Shown here: one piece after another, positions 20,500 to 29,977 of the stretch | Layout: each line of letters begins with the position of its first letter | How positions within the stretch are numbered: position 1 is the stretch's first letter | Origin: Pirellulales bacterium | GTDB lineage: Bacteria > Planctomycetota > Planctomycetia > Pirellulales > JAICIG01 | DNA: 63,932 nt | NCBI GenBank assembly: GCA_040901675.1 | Contig: JBBDYJ010000025.1 | Location: 1 to 63,932 of the forward strand | Direction: 5' to 3' | The notes under the pieces: model-generated | The model's database searches: none | The model's input: only the letters and a program-made list of their open reading frames with translations | Told to the model about the DNA's origin: nothing | Position numbers and translations under genes: made by a program

Positions 20500-21588
20500 A
20501 TGCGAAACATACTGTGCGGATGGGTGATGCTGGCGGTTGCCTTGAGCTCGTTGACGGCGTGGGCCCAGCGCGAGCGGCCACGAGCCGCAGCTCCAAAGGA
20601 AGCCGAAGGCGCGTCTCAAAAGGAAACGCAAGACACGTCGCGCGAAGATCGGATCAGGGATCTGGTGGAACAGATGCGGGAGATCCAACGGGAATTGGCC
20701 AAAGAGGGGGTTCTTGGGGTGGGCGGTTTTGGCGCCGGCATGGGAGCGGGGCCGGGAACCATCGGCCCGGGGGCCTTTGGACCGGGCGGCGACGACGCTC
20801 GCCTCGACCGCGGCGGCAGGCGCGGCGCAGCGCGGGGCCCCAGCCAACGAGATCAACAGAGGCTAGCCAACCTGGAACGGTTGATCGAGGCACAGGAGAA
20901 CAAGGTGGAGGCCCTTACCCGTCTGCACGGCGACGACAGCCGGCAGGTCAACAGGGCGCGTGAAGAACTCGAAGAAATGCAGGTCGAGTTAGACGAGCTA
21001 AGAGTCCAGCCACGTTATGCCGGCCCGGCCGGGGTGGCCGACGGCGCCCGCTTGGCGGGTCCCACGGCCATGGTGGCCGAGCAATACCGCAGAGCAATGA
21101 TGCGTGTAGGGGGCCCGGCCGGTGGTGCCACCACGGGCATGGCCGGCAGTTTCGACCAGGCCGAGATGGGCCAGCAGATGGTAATTCGCGGCTTGGAGTT
21201 TCAGCTTGAAGCCCAGGCAGCCGCCATTCGCTCCGCCAAGGACGAGCAAGCCAAGCAGGAAATGACCGAGGATCTTCGCCAGATGGTCGAGCAGGTGGTC
21301 GAAGCCCGGCGCGGGCAGACCGAGCGGCAGATCGAGCGGCTCGAGCAGCGGCTGAAAGAGTTGAACGAGCAGGCCGAGAATCCCGAATCGGCCGACGAAA
21401 TGCTCGAGCGGCTGCTTAGCCCCAGCCGTGAACAGCGGCAAGCCCGTCCGCCGGCCGAGGCTCCCGGGGAGGCCGAGGCAGATCGCCAGCCGCAGGAAGA
21501 GGAGGCCGGCACGCAAGTCGACGAGCAACCGGATGCCCAGAAGTCACCGCCCGGCGGCGCGGACGAAAAACCGGTGGAGTCGTTCTAG
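20500..21588 (+). CDS. Secreted coiled-coil hypothetical protein
   Basis: Signal peptide, E/Q/R-rich helices, GGGAGG RBS. Confidence 0.7.
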   Translation: MRNILCGWVMLAVALSSLTAWAQRERPRAAAPKEAEGASQKETQDTSREDRIRDLVEQMREIQRELAKEGVLGVGGFGAGMGAGPGTIGPGAFGPGGDDARLDRGGRRGAARGPSQRDQQRLANLERLIEAQENKVEALTRLHGDDSRQVNRAREELEEMQVELDELRVQPRYAGPAGVADGARLAGPTAMVAEQYRRAMMRVGGPAGGATTGMAGSFDQAEMGQQMVIRGLEFQLEAQAAAIRSAKDEQAKQEMTEDLRQMVEQVVEARRGQTERQIERLEQRLKELNEQAENPESADEMLERLLSPSREQRQARPPAEAPGEAEADRQPQEEEAGTQVDEQPDAQKSPPGGADEKPVESF

Positions 21589-21603
21589 GATGCTCGTCGT
21601 GAC

Positions 21604-23289
21604 CTAATCGCTCAACCTGACCCTCACAGCCGGCAGGTTCAGCCGCTCAGCCTGCTCAACCGTGAGAAAGACGATCGCCGCCTCGTCATAGAACACGGGG
21701 CGAAAACGGGGATCGGCCATCGGTCCTTCGATCCATAATGGCGTGCGCAGGTCGATCAGCAGCGCGGGCATTTCCCGCTTGCCATCGGGGCCCGGCTCGA
21801 TATCGCGCGTCAGGTTGGCCAGCAGCGCGGCATCGTGCGACGCCAGTTGCCGGGCGATTTCCAGGTAACGCTGGAGAGTCCCTCGCGTGTTCACTTCCAG
21901 GCGGCCGTCGGTAAAGACACGACGCGCGGGCCCGTTGTGAAAGATGTAGACGGCGGCCGGCCCCTGGTCGACCGCGTAGACGTTTTGCGGCATCCCCGGC
22001 CGGCCCAGGAATCGCGCCGCCTCGTGACAGAACCAGGACGGCGCCTCACCCAAGCCGAAGCGGCGCGAGCTTTCAGAGCCGGACCAGAGCGTCAAGGCGT
22101 CGCTGGGAACGCCGATGGTCGCCAGCGCCAGCAGCACGGCCAGAGCAATGCGGCCTGGCTTCGAAGCGACGACGTTCGCGCCCGCCGCCTCGAAGATCTC
22201 CCCCACGTTCGCCCGCAGCACAAGGCCGCCCACCAGGGCGAACAGCACGCTGTTGCGGTTGGCCTGCCAGCCCAGGTACGCGAACGCGGCGAACATCGCC
22301 AGGCGGTACAGGCTCAAGCGGCCGCGCAGCAGCAGCCAGGCGAAACTGGCCGCCCCCAGGAAAAACAACACCATCAGCATCAATGTGGTGAGGTTGTACA
22401 CCAAGGCCATCGGGCCATAGCTCTCGATGAACTCGCTCAGGCCGTCGAACTCGCCGGCGAACTGCCGGTAGAAATCGCGCTCGTGCCCCTGGATACGAGC
22501 CAGCAGAACCAAGGGAAACAGGGCGCCTCGGTATCCGTAGGGATTGGCCAGCGTGGCGGCGACCATCAACGCGCTGACGGGAAGCCAGACTCGCCAGGGC
22601 TGAGCGCCGCACTCGGCTTTGGATGCCCCCCAGGTCCAGAATCGTCTGACGGCGGCCTGGCCGATAAACACGGCCCAGGCGATGAGTCCCAGGACGAAAA
22701 GGCCGTGCACATTCACCCAAACAAGCTGCACCGCCGGCAGCAGCCAAGCCAGCCGCGGCCGGCCATGGGCGTGGAAGATGATGGCCAGGGTCGCAGCCAA
22801 CAGCAGCAGCGAGAGCATTTCCGGCCGGACCTGGTTGCGGCCCACGTAGATCAGCGCCGAGGGGAGCAGGCAGGCGACGGCGTGGCGTCGCGGCCAGTGC
22901 GCCGGCTGGGCGGCCAGCAAGAGTGCGAACGACAGCACTCCCAGCAAGCTCTTGGCCAGGACCAGCGCGGCCGCTCCGCCTAGGGTCCAAAGGCCGGCGG
23001 CGAGCAATTGAAAGCCCCAGTGCAGATCGATCCAGCGGCTGTCGGGATTGGTGTAGGTAAACCAATCGGTCCGCGGGATCTCGCCGCGCTGGAGGATCAA
23101 CTGGCCGGTGCGGAGATGCCACCAGATGTCGGGGTCGTCGATTTCGACGCAACCCGCCAGTCCCACCAGCAGCAGCAAGGCCAGGCACCAGGGGGATAGG
23201 ATGGAGAACGACTGCCAGGGGGGTTGGGCCTGAGGTCGCCCCGGCGCGGGGGGCTCGTTGCCGCTCGACGAACGGCGTCGTCGCTTCAT
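21604..23289 (-). CDS. Polytopic membrane protein, GT-C glycosyltransferase-like
   Basis: DPDIWWHLRTGQ, RPE, WVNVHG, ANPYG, DGRLE motifs; many TMs; ATGA overlap with upstream gene. Confidence 0.75.
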   Translation of the reverse strand: MKRRRRSSSGNEPPAPGRPQAQPPWQSFSILSPWCLALLLLVGLAGCVEIDDPDIWWHLRTGQLILQRGEIPRTDWFTYTNPDSRWIDLHWGFQLLAAGLWTLGGAAALVLAKSLLGVLSFALLLAAQPAHWPRRHAVACLLPSALIYVGRNQVRPEMLSLLLLAATLAIIFHAHGRPRLAWLLPAVQLVWVNVHGLFVLGLIAWAVFIGQAAVRRFWTWGASKAECGAQPWRVWLPVSALMVAATLANPYGYRGALFPLVLLARIQGHERDFYRQFAGEFDGLSEFIESYGPMALVYNLTTLMLMVLFFLGAASFAWLLLRGRLSLYRLAMFAAFAYLGWQANRNSVLFALVGGLVLRANVGEIFEAAGANVVASKPGRIALAVLLALATIGVPSDALTLWSGSESSRRFGLGEAPSWFCHEAARFLGRPGMPQNVYAVDQGPAAVYIFHNGPARRVFTDGRLEVNTRGTLQRYLEIARQLASHDAALLANLTRDIEPGPDGKREMPALLIDLRTPLWIEGPMADPRFRPVFYDEAAIVFLTVEQAERLNLPAVRVRLSD

Positions 23290-23912
23290 GCCGGGCTCGA
23301 GGCAAAGCGGCCGTGGGCCAGGAAGTGCACGATCTCGCGGGCGACCCGGGGCTGGTAGATCATCAGCGAGTGCAGGGCGGGCACGACGATGTGATCGCGC
23401 TGTGCGGGCAGGTGCGTGCTGTGGCAAGCGACCAGGGCATCGATGCTGGCGGCAATCACGCCTATCTCGATCGCTTCGTCAGGCAGGGGTAGCTGGTTGA
23501 CAAAGCTGTCCGGGCGGGCGGCGAGCTGGTCGATCGTGCGGCAGCCCCAGCGGAGCCAGGGGCCGAGCCAGGCCGCCACGCGCGAGCCCCTGTTGGGCGG
23601 CGCCAACAGCACCATCCGACCCAGCCGCGCGGGCTTGCCCAGGCCCAGCGCGTAGCGGGCGACAATGCTGCCCATGCTATGCGCCACGAGGTGCAGGCGG
23701 CCGACCGATGCATCGGCATCGAGGGTTTGCAGCCGCTCGTGCAGCCGTCGGCCGTGCTCTTCGATAGTGCCCATCAGGCTGGCGTAGGACCAATTCAGCA
23801 CGGAGTACCCGCCGGCGGCCAGCCGCCGCTCGAGGGGCCCCATCAGCCGGGCGTTGGCCCCCAGGCCGTGCAAGAGAACGATCCACTCGGAAGTCAAGCG
23901 CGATTTCTCCAT
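23286..23912 (-). CDS. Alpha/beta hydrolase (lipase/esterase-like)
   Basis: LLHGL, AHSMG nucleophile elbow, PPNRGS, terminal His. Confidence 0.88.
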   Translation of the reverse strand: MEKSRLTSEWIVLLHGLGANARLMGPLERRLAAGGYSVLNWSYASLMGTIEEHGRRLHERLQTLDADASVGRLHLVAHSMGSIVARYALGLGKPARLGRMVLLAPPNRGSRVAAWLGPWLRWGCRTIDQLAARPDSFVNQLPLPDEAIEIGVIAASIDALVACHSTHLPAQRDHIVVPALHSLMIYQPRVAREIVHFLAHGRFASSPA

Positions 23913-23948
23913 CTGGGGAGCAATCCATCCCGCGCCCAACAACGACGA

Positions 23949-25022
23949 TCAGGCGGCTTTTTCTTGCCGGGCGGGTGGCTTGACCGCCGCTTTCTTCCGG
24001 GGCGGTTGGGCCGCATTCTTTTTGGATTTGCCAGTCAAGTCCCAGGCCTTCAGCCACTGCTCGTCCTGACGCTTCAGGCCGAAATCCGTCAACAGGCGTT
24101 TTTCCATGTCGGGCATGTGGCCGGCGCCGTAAAAGATGGCCAGCCGCTTCTTGCCGTCTTCGATCTGGCGGGCCAGCACTTCGAGGGCCTTCTTGTTGCG
24201 CTCGGTGATGATGGTCGAGCCGTCCGGGCCGTTGATGGCGCTCATGGCCCCCTCCAGGTCCTGGAACTGCTCGGCCATGATCCGCTTCAGGGCCAGGGCG
24301 CGATTGCGGTCGAACAGGGCCAAGAGCAGCTCGGCGTCGACCGAGCGGTTGGGATCCTTGTTTTGCTGGGCAATGCTCTGGCCCATCATCCGGAACATCA
24401 TGGACCAGATGCTCTCGCCCCGCTCGTTCATCGAACGGGCAAAGTCGTCGGGCGACATGTCGGCGTGCACGAAGTTGTCGCGGTGATAGTCGATGAATTC
24501 CAATTGGTAGTCGAGCTCCAGGATGTTCTTCATGCCCGTCTGCAGCGCGCCGACCGGGTTGCCCGTGTTCTTGGCGCCCTTGGGAACGCGGGTCCCCTCG
24601 GGCGCGACCAGCTCGTACAGGAGGGCGTCGTACTGTTCAAACTGGCGGTTCAGTTGTTGGTAGTATTCCGCCTCGCCGATGTGGACCACGCCGATCAGGT
24701 CGACGCACAAGCCCTCCCGCTGGGCGTCAGGGGCCACGTAGCGCACGATCGCCGTCTCCATGGCGGTCGGCTTGCCTTCCTCGTTGCGAACCAGCCTCAG
24801 AAAAGCGCTCGACGCCGACGCCTCGTCCTGATCCCCTTGCCCAGCCGGGGCAGCCGGCTGCTCGGACGCCTCAGCCCGGCCAGCATCGGCGCCGTCCTGT
24901 TCTTGGCGGGCCGAGGCCGCGTCGCCAGACGGCCGTTCGTCGGCGGCTGCGGCGGCCGGGGCCGCGACCAGGGCCACCCAGGCGACCAGCCACGATGCGA
25001 CGAGATGCTTGACACAGGCCAT
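23949..25022 (-). CDS. Conserved secreted hypothetical protein (TraB-like motifs)
   Basis: Signal peptide; VDLIGVVHIGE, ERN, AIFYGAGHMPD. Confidence 0.75.
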   Translation of the reverse strand: MACVKHLVASWLVAWVALVAAPAAAAADERPSGDAASARQEQDGADAGRAEASEQPAAPAGQGDQDEASASSAFLRLVRNEEGKPTAMETAIVRYVAPDAQREGLCVDLIGVVHIGEAEYYQQLNRQFEQYDALLYELVAPEGTRVPKGAKNTGNPVGALQTGMKNILELDYQLEFIDYHRDNFVHADMSPDDFARSMNERGESIWSMMFRMMGQSIAQQNKDPNRSVDAELLLALFDRNRALALKRIMAEQFQDLEGAMSAINGPDGSTIITERNKKALEVLARQIEDGKKRLAIFYGAGHMPDMEKRLLTDFGLKRQDEQWLKAWDLTGKSKKNAAQPPRKKAAVKPPARQEKAA

Positions 25023-25332
25023 GGATCGAACCCTCCGTAAAGCAGCCTTGAGATGCGGCTATCCAGCGACTACCGAAGTATATGCCGCCGGGCGGCCGCT
25101 TACAACGGAACTGCCGGCGGAGGGGCGCGAAGCGGCAAGGACGCCCAAGGGGGTGGAGCAAACGCTTGCACGTTCTTCCCCCTACTAGCTTCCCCCCTTC
25201 TGCCTTCCGCCTCGTGCTTCGGTCTTCCCTTTGGCCCGTAAGCTAAGATCTATAAGCACTTCCGCCGACGTATGAAAGAAGAAGCGGAGGCGGTACAGGG
25301 CTGGGCCAAGGAACGGGCAAGGAACCCATCGT

Positions 25333-25671
25333 GTGAAGACCGTCTTGTTGCTGATCTGCTCGAATGCCTTCATGACGCTGGCCTGGTACGGGCACCTGAA
25401 GCACAAGCAGGCTCACCTGTGGCTGGTGATCCTGGTGAGCTGGCTGATCGCCTTGCCGGAGTACGCCTTGCAGGTCCCAGCCAACCGCCTGGGGCACGGG
25501 CAATTCAGCGCCCCGACGCTCAAGATCATCCAGGAAGTGGTCTCGATTTCCGTCTTCGTGATCTTTAGCTGGGTTTATCTCCGGGAAATACCGCGATGGA
25601 ACGAGTGGGCCGCCTTTGTCCTCATCGTCGCAGCCGTAGCCGTAATGCTGCTGGGCCGGGCAGCCGAATGA
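25333..25671 (+). CDS. DMT family small membrane protein
   Basis: SNAFMTLAWYGHLK, EYALQVPANRLG, LKIIQEVVS. Confidence 0.9.
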   Translation: MKTVLLLICSNAFMTLAWYGHLKHKQAHLWLVILVSWLIALPEYALQVPANRLGHGQFSAPTLKIIQEVVSISVFVIFSWVYLREIPRWNEWAAFVLIVAAVAVMLLGRAAE

Positions 25672-25732
25672 TCGGCGGACGCGTGCGGCGTGGAGCGTCT
25701 CTCCGCCGTCCACCTGCCCCACTCCTGACTCG

Positions 25733-26320
25733 TTATTCCTGCTTCCTGCTTCCTCGTTCCGCCCTCTCATCCAGCAGCCCAAGGAAGGCTTTCATGAACG
25801 GCGTGTTGTCGTGCCAGGTCCGCGCAGTCACCAGATTGCCATCGACGACGCACGGCTGATCCACATAGGCGGCGCCCCCTTGGCGGGCATCCAGGGCGCA
25901 TTTGGCCACCGTGGTGACGCGGCGTCCCTGGATGCAGTCGGCCGCCGAGAGGATTTCAATTCCGTGGCAGACGGCGGCGACCGGCTTGCCGGTATCAAAA
26001 AAGTGCCGGGTGATGGCCAGCAGATTCGGGTCGTAGCGCAGGTATTCCGGGGCCCGTCCCCCGGACAAAAACAGCCCGGCGTAGCCGGCCGGGTCCACCT
26101 GAGAAAAAGCCAGCGAGGCGGCCAGGTGGTAGCCGGGAGTTTCGCGGGTGATGTCCCACCGGCCCGGCCCGGGCGGGATTTCGTGGAGAACGAGGTGGTA
26201 AAGCCGGACTTCCGGCCCGCAGACGACTACCTCGTACCCATCCTCCGGCAGGCGAAAGTAGGGGTACATCGTGTCCAAGACCTCGCTGGCATCGCCAATC
26301 GGTATCAGAACCTTGGGCAT
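25733..26320 (-). CDS. DJ-1/PfpI family protein
   Basis: GGRAPEYLR, AVCHG nucleophile, VDGNLVTARTWHD. Confidence 0.92.
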   Translation of the reverse strand: MPKVLIPIGDASEVLDTMYPYFRLPEDGYEVVVCGPEVRLYHLVLHEIPPGPGRWDITRETPGYHLAASLAFSQVDPAGYAGLFLSGGRAPEYLRYDPNLLAITRHFFDTGKPVAAVCHGIEILSAADCIQGRRVTTVAKCALDARQGGAAYVDQPCVVDGNLVTARTWHDNTPFMKAFLGLLDERAERGSRKQE

Positions 26321-26530
26321 GACTCGATCGGCTCCGGAGGCGTGGCCGCCCGACAAGGAATTTTTCAGGAATCTGCTTGCAATCGGGTTAGGCCCAAGCA
26401 TAATACCAGCATCTGAAAGGGCTAGCCCCTTTCAGTCCGGCCTCCGCAGGTTCCTGCCCCACCTGCGGGGGCCTTCTTGTTGCGCCGGGCCGCCTGAGGC
26501 GAGGCCTTCGAGCAGCGGCACAACCTACCC

Positions 26531-26675
26531 GTCCACTGCTTGGAGCTGCCGGCGTGGCTGGTTGCGAGAAGAGCACGTGGTGGTCCATACGGCACCTGCT
26601 TCGTCCGCCTTGGCGGACCTTAGAGCGGCCTTCAAGCAGTGGCACTCGGGAAGAGCGGCCTTCAAGCAGTGGCAC
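26531..26675. repeat. Dispersed ~115-140 bp MITE/REPIN-like element, copy 1 (extra terminal unit at 26652-26675)
   Basis: Shares long blocks with 59663-59802; ends CCACTGCTTG / CAAGCAGTGG are inverted. Confidence 0.75.
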
Positions 26676-26886
26676 CGCGATTGTCCAGGGCTTCCCCTAT
26701 TGTGCGCAGCTTGACGAGCTTCGCGCATCGATGGCGCCGGCGCGCGGCATTTTCGGCAGCTTTTGCCAGTCTTACTCAACTAGCGCGAGTGGCACTACCG
26801 ATACTACCGGCAACGATTCATGCACCGACTCTCCGGCGTGGGGGGCGTGCGCGGAATTTCCTGACGGAAGCCAAGGTAGACACAAG

Positions 26887-28281
26887 ATGTCGATCAACCG
26901 CATGAAGTCGTGGCTGGCATTCGCCTTGCTGCTGGGGTTGCCATCGTTTGCCGCGGCCCAGGAACTGCCCGAGGACGCTTACCTGCCGGGTGTGGACGAC
27001 GTTCAGTGGTTCGATCGGGCCGACCTGAGCGCCTATGGCAACGGACAGCGCCGCCCCGAGGGCTACTTCTTCACGGGCGAGGCACTGCAGTGGGCCATTT
27101 CGCCGCCGGAAGAAACGACGATCGGCAAGGAGGGGTTCTCGCCGCTGGCCGCCGGCTCGCCGAGACTGAGCGACGACCTCGGTTTCGTCAACCAGCCCAA
27201 TTCGCTCACCACTGGTTTCATCGAGGCCAACCTCGGCAGCGGCTCACGCTTCCAACTCGGCCGGATCTGCGACGACCGGGGCTGGATGCTAGGCAGTTTC
27301 GTGCTGCACTCGCAGACGCAGAACCTGACCGGCTCCAACGCCGGCGTCGCCATGGATGCTCCCTTCGTCAATGGGGTCTCGGTGTTGGAAGGCTTCGTCG
27401 ATATCAATGTCGATGGCTTCGCCGACGACTTGAACTTCAATAATGTGTTCGGTCCCGACGGCATCGACCTGGGAACTCCCAACGACGCCCCGCCGCCGGC
27501 CTTTATCCTGCCGTTTGACGGCATCCCGGATGCTCCATTCCCCACCGACTTTAGCGACCTGGTGAGCCTGCCCATCATTTTCAAGAACGTGTACGTGCGG
27601 CACTCGGCCAAGGCCTGGGGGGTCGAAGCGATGCGGCTCTGGCGGCTCAAACCCGGTAAGCGAGGCGGTTGGTGGGAGATTCTGGCTGGCGCCCGCTACA
27701 TGAAATTCGACGACGAGCTCTGGGTGCACGGCGAGGGAGAGGTTTTTCTCTACATCGACATCATCTCGGGCCTGCCGTTCGATGGCATCCATGGTGCGTT
27801 GGCCGACAGTAAGTGGGATACCACGGCGGAAAACAACATCGTGGGCCCGCAACTGGGCCTGCGATACTCAAGGCAAAGAGGTCGCTTCGGTTTCTCGGCC
27901 GAAGGCCGCTTCCTGGCGGGCACGAACATGCAAAGCATCCGGCAGCTCGGTTTCATTGCGAACCCCCCTCGCACCAATCGCGCCATTTCGATCTTTACCC
28001 TGGTGCCGGGCGATCCCCTGAACCTCTTTCCCACCGCTTTTCAGCACACCTTCAAAGCCACCGAGTTTGCGCCCGTGGCCGAGCTGCGCGTGGACGCCAG
28101 CTACCAGTTGTTCAGCAAGGTGTCGTTCAACGTCGGCTGGACCGGTATGTTCGCCGACGGCATTGCGCGGTCCAGCAACATGATCGACTACACGCTGCCG
28201 AGCATGGGAATCCTTGGCCAGCACAACCGCCAGGACCTGATCATCAACGGCATCAACTTCGGCATCGTCATCAACCGCTAG
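26887..28281 (+). CDS. BBP7-like planctomycete outer-membrane beta-barrel protein
   Basis: Signal peptide; GARYMKFDDEL, ENNIVGPQLG, FAPVAELR, C-terminal GINFGIVINR. Confidence 0.8.
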   Translation: MSINRMKSWLAFALLLGLPSFAAAQELPEDAYLPGVDDVQWFDRADLSAYGNGQRRPEGYFFTGEALQWAISPPEETTIGKEGFSPLAAGSPRLSDDLGFVNQPNSLTTGFIEANLGSGSRFQLGRICDDRGWMLGSFVLHSQTQNLTGSNAGVAMDAPFVNGVSVLEGFVDINVDGFADDLNFNNVFGPDGIDLGTPNDAPPPAFILPFDGIPDAPFPTDFSDLVSLPIIFKNVYVRHSAKAWGVEAMRLWRLKPGKRGGWWEILAGARYMKFDDELWVHGEGEVFLYIDIISGLPFDGIHGALADSKWDTTAENNIVGPQLGLRYSRQRGRFGFSAEGRFLAGTNMQSIRQLGFIANPPRTNRAISIFTLVPGDPLNLFPTAFQHTFKATEFAPVAELRVDASYQLFSKVSFNVGWTGMFADGIARSSNMIDYTLPSMGILGQHNRQDLIINGINFGIVINR

Positions 28282-28368
28282 CCGCCCGTAGCCGCTGCCG
28301 CCCGTAGCCGCTAGCCGCCCGTAGCCGCTGCCGCCCGTAGCCGCTGCCGCCCGTAGCCGCTGCCGCCC
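28281..28368 (+). repeat. 16-bp tandem repeat GCCGCCCGTAGCCGCT, five copies plus partial
   Basis: Directly visible between convergent genes. Confidence 0.9.
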
Positions 28369-28374
28369 AGCGGC

Positions 28375-28599
28375 CTAGACCACGTTGGTCAGCTTCTGGC
28401 GCTTGCGTAGTTCGATCAACTCGCTTCCCAAGCGCTGCCGCAACGGGCTCTCCGGCCGCAACTCATCGATCAAGGCCTCTGCCTTGGTGAAGATGTCGTC
28501 GTTCAGCTCGACGCGGCTGAACAACTTTCGCCAACTCCGTGTGACTTCTTGTTCGGTCAGCAATACTTTACCCTCGTCAGGATGCGCTTGCCCCGGCAC
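28375..28599 (-). CDS. Small conserved hypothetical protein
   Basis: 74 aa, LIDELRPESPLRQRL; coding-like codon usage. Confidence 0.7.
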   Translation of the reverse strand: MPGQAHPDEGKVLLTEQEVTRSWRKLFSRVELNDDIFTKAEALIDELRPESPLRQRLGSELIELRKRQKLTNVV

Positions 28600-28801
28600 C
28601 GCCTATTCTAGATCCACCCCGGCACGACGCAAGTCCACGGCCCAAGTTGGCCCCTGCACCGGCATCCGCGACCCGGCGCGGCCGGCAGAGGCCGCTGGTT
28701 CCAAAGCGCGGCTGCCGTATGGTACAACGGTTCAAAGGCCCGCCAACGAGAGTCCAACGCCGCGGGGCCCGCACGCAGGTTTTGAACGAAGCAGGCCCAG
28801 T

Positions 28802-29977
28802 ATGCAAGGCAAGTTGGGCGCCCCACGGCCGGCCCGAGCCGAACTGGGCCCCCTGCGTGTCGTCCAGGTAAGCGGCCGGCGGGAACGGAACGTCTTTCTC
28901 CGCTTTCCCTGGCAGATCTACGGCGACGACCCCAACTGGGTGCCCCCGCTGTTGTGGGAGCGAAAGGCCTTCATCGACCCGCGCAAGCATCCCTTCTATC
29001 ATCACGGCTCGGCCGTCCAGTATCTGGCCTACCGAGGCCATGAGGCGGCCGGCCGAATCCTGGTCAGCGACGACCCGCGCTATAACCAGGAGCACGGCAC
29101 CAACCTGGGCTGCTTCGGCATGTTCGAGTCGGTCGACGACCCGGCCGTGGCGGCCGCCCTGTTGGAGGCCGCGGCCTGCTGGCTGCGGTCGCGGGGACGG
29201 GACGCCATGATGGGCCCGATCGACTACTCGACCAATTACGCCTGCGGTTTGTTGATCGAAGGCTTTTCCACGCCTCCGCGGGTGCTGATGAACCATAACC
29301 CGCCCTATTACGCCGGCCTGCTGGAAGGCTGGGGCCTGGTCAAAGCCAAGGATCTCTACAGTTGGTGGTTCGACGACGCCTACAACATGCTGCGCCGCTG
29401 GAAGCGGCGGGCGCAGCGGTTGGCCGAGCGGGGCAATATTTCCGTACGGCAGTTTCGGATCGACGACCTGGACGGCGAGGTGCGGCGCTCCAAGGCGATC
29501 TACAACGGCGCGTGGGAGCGCAACTGGGGCTTTGTCAAGATGACCGACGCCGAGTTCGACTACCTCGTCAAGGAGCTCGCGGAGCTGGCTCTGCCGGAAT
29601 TGCTGCTGTTGGCGGAAATCGACGGCAAGCCGGTCGGCTTTTCGATGACCTTGCCCGACTTCAACGAGGCCATCCGGCCCTTGGACGGACGGCTGTTCAG
29701 GTGGGGACTGCCGCTGGGCTGGTTTGAGTTCAAGCGCAATTGCCGGCGGATCCAGACCGCCCGGCTGTTGATCCTGGGCGTGCTGGAAGGATACCGGCGG
29801 CGTGGAATCGCCGAGCTGTTAATCCTGCGGACCCTGGACTACGGAAAAAACGTGGCCCACTACACCGGCGCGGAGCTCGGTTGGACGCTGGAAGACAACG
29901 AGTTGATCAACCGCACCATCCGAGCGGTGGGAGGCCACCCCTACAAGACCTATCGCATCTACCAACGCACGATTTAG
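28802..29977 (+). CDS. YghO-like GNAT acyltransferase (bacterial ceramide synthase-like)
   Basis: DPNWVPPL, GRI, FGMFESVDD, GP..ST..CGLLIEGF, NHNPPYY, WERNWGF, ELGWTLEDN, KTYRIY. Confidence 0.82.
   Translation: MQGKLGAPRPARAELGPLRVVQVSGRRERNVFLRFPWQIYGDDPNWVPPLLWERKAFIDPRKHPFYHHGSAVQYLAYRGHEAAGRILVSDDPRYNQEHGTNLGCFGMFESVDDPAVAAALLEAAACWLRSRGRDAMMGPIDYSTNYACGLLIEGFSTPPRVLMNHNPPYYAGLLEGWGLVKAKDLYSWWFDDAYNMLRRWKRRAQRLAERGNISVRQFRIDDLDGEVRRSKAIYNGAWERNWGFVKMTDAEFDYLVKELAELALPELLLLAEIDGKPVGFSMTLPDFNEAIRPLDGRLFRWGLPLGWFEFKRNCRRIQTARLLILGVLEGYRRRGIAELLILRTLDYGKNVAHYTGAELGWTLEDNELINRTIRAVGGHPYKTYRIYQRTI

Noticed and set aside
28281..28368. Possible CRISPR array
   Set aside because: Units are contiguous with no unique spacers; no cas genes in the window
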